Shown piece by piece: positions 23,704-26,077 of a DNA stretch of 26,077 nucleotides. Position 1 is the first letter of the stretch. Every line of letters starts with the position of its first letter. Source of the DNA: Chthoniobacteraceae bacterium. Lineage in GTDB: Bacteria > Verrucomicrobiota > Verrucomicrobiia > Chthoniobacterales > Chthoniobacteraceae. The notes under the pieces are model-generated. The model made no database searches and was not told the origin of the DNA. It saw only the letters and a list, made by a program, of their open reading frames with translations. Made by a program: the position numbers and the translations under genes. The stretch lies in assembly GCA_031409335.1 (NCBI GenBank), contig JANNWY010000102.1:1-26077 (forward strand), given 5' to 3'.

Positions 23704-25295
23704 ATACTTCCTACGATGCCGTTGTCATCGGCAGCGGGCACAATGGACTCGTGGCCGCGGCGTATCTCGCGCTGGCGGGTCGCTCGGTGCTGGTGCTGGA
23801 GAAGAACGGGAGCTTCGGCGGAGCCACCGCGTCGCAGCGCGTCTTTCCCGACTACGACGCGCTGCTCTCGCGCTATTCCTATCTCGTATCGCTGTTCCCG
23901 GAGCGCATCACACGCGAACTGGGACTCGACTTCCAGACGCGGCGGCGGCGCACGGCTTCCTTCACGCCCTACACAGACGGCGCGGGCCGCCCGCAGGCGT
24001 TGATTCTTTCCAACGAAGACGAAAGCCGCTCGCGCGAATCCATGCGGCGCATGACGGGCGGCGATGCGGCGTGGGCGCGCTATCAACAACTGCTCTCGCT
24101 GGAGACCTCCATTGCGAAGCTGGTGTGGCTCACGCTGCTGGAGCCGCTGCGGTCGCGCGCGTGGTTCGAATCGCAACTCCGCACGGACGAGCAGAAGACC
24201 GCGTGGCGGTTCTTTGTCGAGCGTCCGCTCGGCGAGGCCATCGAGCATTTCGCCGACCACGACGCGCTGCGCGGGCTGCTGATGACGGATGGAAAAATCG
24301 GCGTCTTCTCGCATCCGCACGACGCGAGCCTGCTACAAAACCGCTGCTTTCTCTACCACGTCATCGGCAACGAAACGGGCGAATGGCGCGTGCCCGTCGG
24401 CGGCATGAAAAGCCTCGTGGACACGCTGCTGCACCGCTGCCGCGCGCGCGGCGTGGACTTCCTCGCGGACGCTCCCGCGCAGCACATCGAGCAAGGCCCG
24501 CAGCGTCACCGCGTCACGTTCCAGTGCGGCGGACGCGAGCAATGCGTGGACGCGCGGCATGTGCTGGTGAACGCCGGGCCGGGCACGCTGGCCGCGCTGC
24601 TCGGCGAGGCGTGCGAGACGCGCGCGGAGGACGAAGGCTCGGTGGTGAAAATCAATCTGCTGCTCCGGCGGCTGCCGCGGCTGAAGGCTGCGGGCATCAG
24701 CGCATCTGAGGCATTCGCGGGGTCGTTTCATGTGGATGAAGGCTACGAGCAGATGCAGGAATCGTGGGCTGCCGCACGCGACGGGCACCTCCCCAATCCC
24801 GCTCCCGGCGAGACCTACTGCCACACGCTCACGGATGATTCCATCCTCTCGCCCGAGCTGCGTGAGCAGGGCTTTCACACGCTTACCCTTTTCGGACTCG
24901 ACATGCCGTGGCGGCTCTTCACTGCCGACCACGATGCACGCCGCGACGAGATCGCGCGCCTTTATTTGGAGGGACTCGACCGCCTGTGCGATGAGCCGTT
25001 CGCCGACTGCATCGCGCGCGACCGCGACGGACGGCTCTGCATGGAAATCAAAACGCCGCAGGATTTGCAGCGCGAAATCGGGCTGGACCAAGGCAACATC
25101 TTTCACAACGCGCCGTCATGGTTCTGGGCCGACGACGAGGCGGAGGCCGGCACTTGGGGCGTGGAGACCCGGCATCCGCGCATCTACCGCGCTGGCTCCA
25201 GCGCCCTCCGCGGCGGTGCCGTGAGCGGCATCCCCGGACGCAATGCCGCCATGTGCGTGCTGCAAGAATCTTCTACCGCTCATCCTTTGCCATGA
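23700..25295 (+). CDS. FAD-dependent oxidoreductase, phytoene-dehydrogenase-related (COG1233-like)
   Basis: YDAVVIGSGHNGLVAAAYLA..GRSVLVLEK, SRYSYLVSL, VPVGGM, GNIFH, GGAVSGIPGRNAA. Confidence 0.9.
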   Translation: MNTSYDAVVIGSGHNGLVAAAYLALAGRSVLVLEKNGSFGGATASQRVFPDYDALLSRYSYLVSLFPERITRELGLDFQTRRRRTASFTPYTDGAGRPQALILSNEDESRSRESMRRMTGGDAAWARYQQLLSLETSIAKLVWLTLLEPLRSRAWFESQLRTDEQKTAWRFFVERPLGEAIEHFADHDALRGLLMTDGKIGVFSHPHDASLLQNRCFLYHVIGNETGEWRVPVGGMKSLVDTLLHRCRARGVDFLADAPAQHIEQGPQRHRVTFQCGGREQCVDARHVLVNAGPGTLAALLGEACETRAEDEGSVVKINLLLRRLPRLKAAGISASEAFAGSFHVDEGYEQMQESWAAARDGHLPNPAPGETYCHTLTDDSILSPELREQGFHTLTLFGLDMPWRLFTADHDARRDEIARLYLEGLDRLCDEPFADCIARDRDGRLCMEIKTPQDLQREIGLDQGNIFHNAPSWFWADDEAEAGTWGVETRHPRIYRAGSSALRGGAVSGIPGRNAAMCVLQESSTAHPLP

Positions 25296-26077
25296 AGCCC
25301 ATCCTCCATCTGCTCGCTGCGATGTTCTTTGTGCTGACGCCGCTGCGCGCCGCGCCGTTGAACATCCTGCTCTTCACGGCGGATGACATGAATTTCGATT
25401 CCAGCGGCGTCTATGGCGGCCCCATCAAAGACCTCACGCCGCACATTGACCGGCTGGCCGCGCAGGGCCTGCGCTTTGAGCGCGCCTACACCACTGTCGC
25501 GGTCTGCCAGCCATCGCGGCAGGTGATGTTCACCGGGCGCTATCCGCACCGCAGCGGCTCGATGGGATTTTTTCCGCTCCAGCCGCACGTGCGCACGCTG
25601 CAGCAGCAGTTGCATGACGCCGGCTATCTCATCTCGGCGTTCGGCAAAAATCCGCACCATCAGCCGGCGGAAAAATTCTGCGCGGATGTCGCGGACGACA
25701 GCATCGCCCGTCGCCCGACGCAACTCGCGGCAGCCACGCGCAAGTTGTTCAAGACCGCGCGCGAGCAGGGCCGCCCGTTTTTTCACAACGTCAACTGCTA
25801 CGACCCGCACCGCCCGTTCATCGGCATGAAAGGCCCGGACGACCTCGCGGGCGGCGAAGAACCGAGCCGCCGCGCGACGCCGGAGGAAGTCACCCGCGTG
25901 CCCGGCTTTCTCGAAGACCTGCCCGACATCCGCCGCGAGCTCGCCGGCTACTACACGAATGTGCGCCGCCTCGACGACGCGCTCGGCGCGGTGCTCGCGG
26001 TGCTGGCGGAGGAGGGCTTCGCGGACAACACGCTCGTCGTTTTCTGGGCCGGCGACCACGGCATGTCGTTCCCATTC
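25292..26077 (+). CDS. Secreted Cys-type (formylglycine) sulfatase, sulfamidase-like; 3'-partial
   Basis: Not in the ORF track because it has no stop in the window. My translation: MKPILHLLAAMFFVLTPLRAAPLNILLFTADDM...TPHIDRLA..G..F..AY...VCQPSR..MFTGRYPH...DPHRPF...NTLVVFWAGDHG, with the CxPxR signature. ATGA overlap with the upstream gene. Confidence 0.93.
   Translation, partial: MKPILHLLAAMFFVLTPLRAAPLNILLFTADDMNFDSSGVYGGPIKDLTPHIDRLAAQGLRFERAYTTVAVCQPSRQVMFTGRYPHRSGSMGFFPLQPHVRTLQQQLHDAGYLISAFGKNPHHQPAEKFCADVADDSIARRPTQLAAATRKLFKTAREQGRPFFHNVNCYDPHRPFIGMKGPDDLAGGEEPSRRATPEEVTRVPGFLEDLPDIRRELAGYYTNVRRLDDALGAVLAVLAEEGFADNTLVVFWAGDHGMSFPF

Noticed and set aside
25280..26059. 259-aa minus-strand ORF
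   Set aside because: Antisense shadow of the plus-strand sulfatase.

Overview
High-GC bacterial DNA whose gene content and protein families suggest Verrucomicrobia or another PVC-superphylum organism (inference). Left to right: (1) the 3' part of a large multidomain protein with carboxypeptidase-regulatory-like repeats, then a ~600-bp patch of gene remnants and an inverted-repeat element; (2) two tandem paralogous membrane-anchored prenyltransferase/squalene-oxidase-repeat proteins sharing a 3' hairpin and a bipartite upstream motif (GTCTAATAT-N15-CGTAT); (3) a tightly coupled minus-strand operon: STAS, GAF/SpoIIE phosphatase, grpE, dnaJ, rsmE and a secreted hypothetical protein, with heptamer repeats on both sides of dnaJ; (4) a secreted hypothetical gene, a cluster of degenerate DnaA-box-like motifs, and a 339-bp TA-flanked MITE carrying a nested REP-like palindrome; (5) a ~9-kb polyamine island where a DUF4178 / 46-aa peptide / DUF350 / membrane-bound SpeE / Tat-type flavin oxidase / SpeD operon lies between potC and potD-potB, with no potA; (6) a plus-strand operon with an apparently internally deleted metallopeptidase-like gene, a phytoene-dehydrogenase-like oxidoreductase and a 3'-truncated sulfatase that the ORF track lacks. 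The polyamine island is the best candidate for an uncharacterised system. No rRNA, tRNA or CRISPR array was seen. Family calls come from motif recognition, not database searches.
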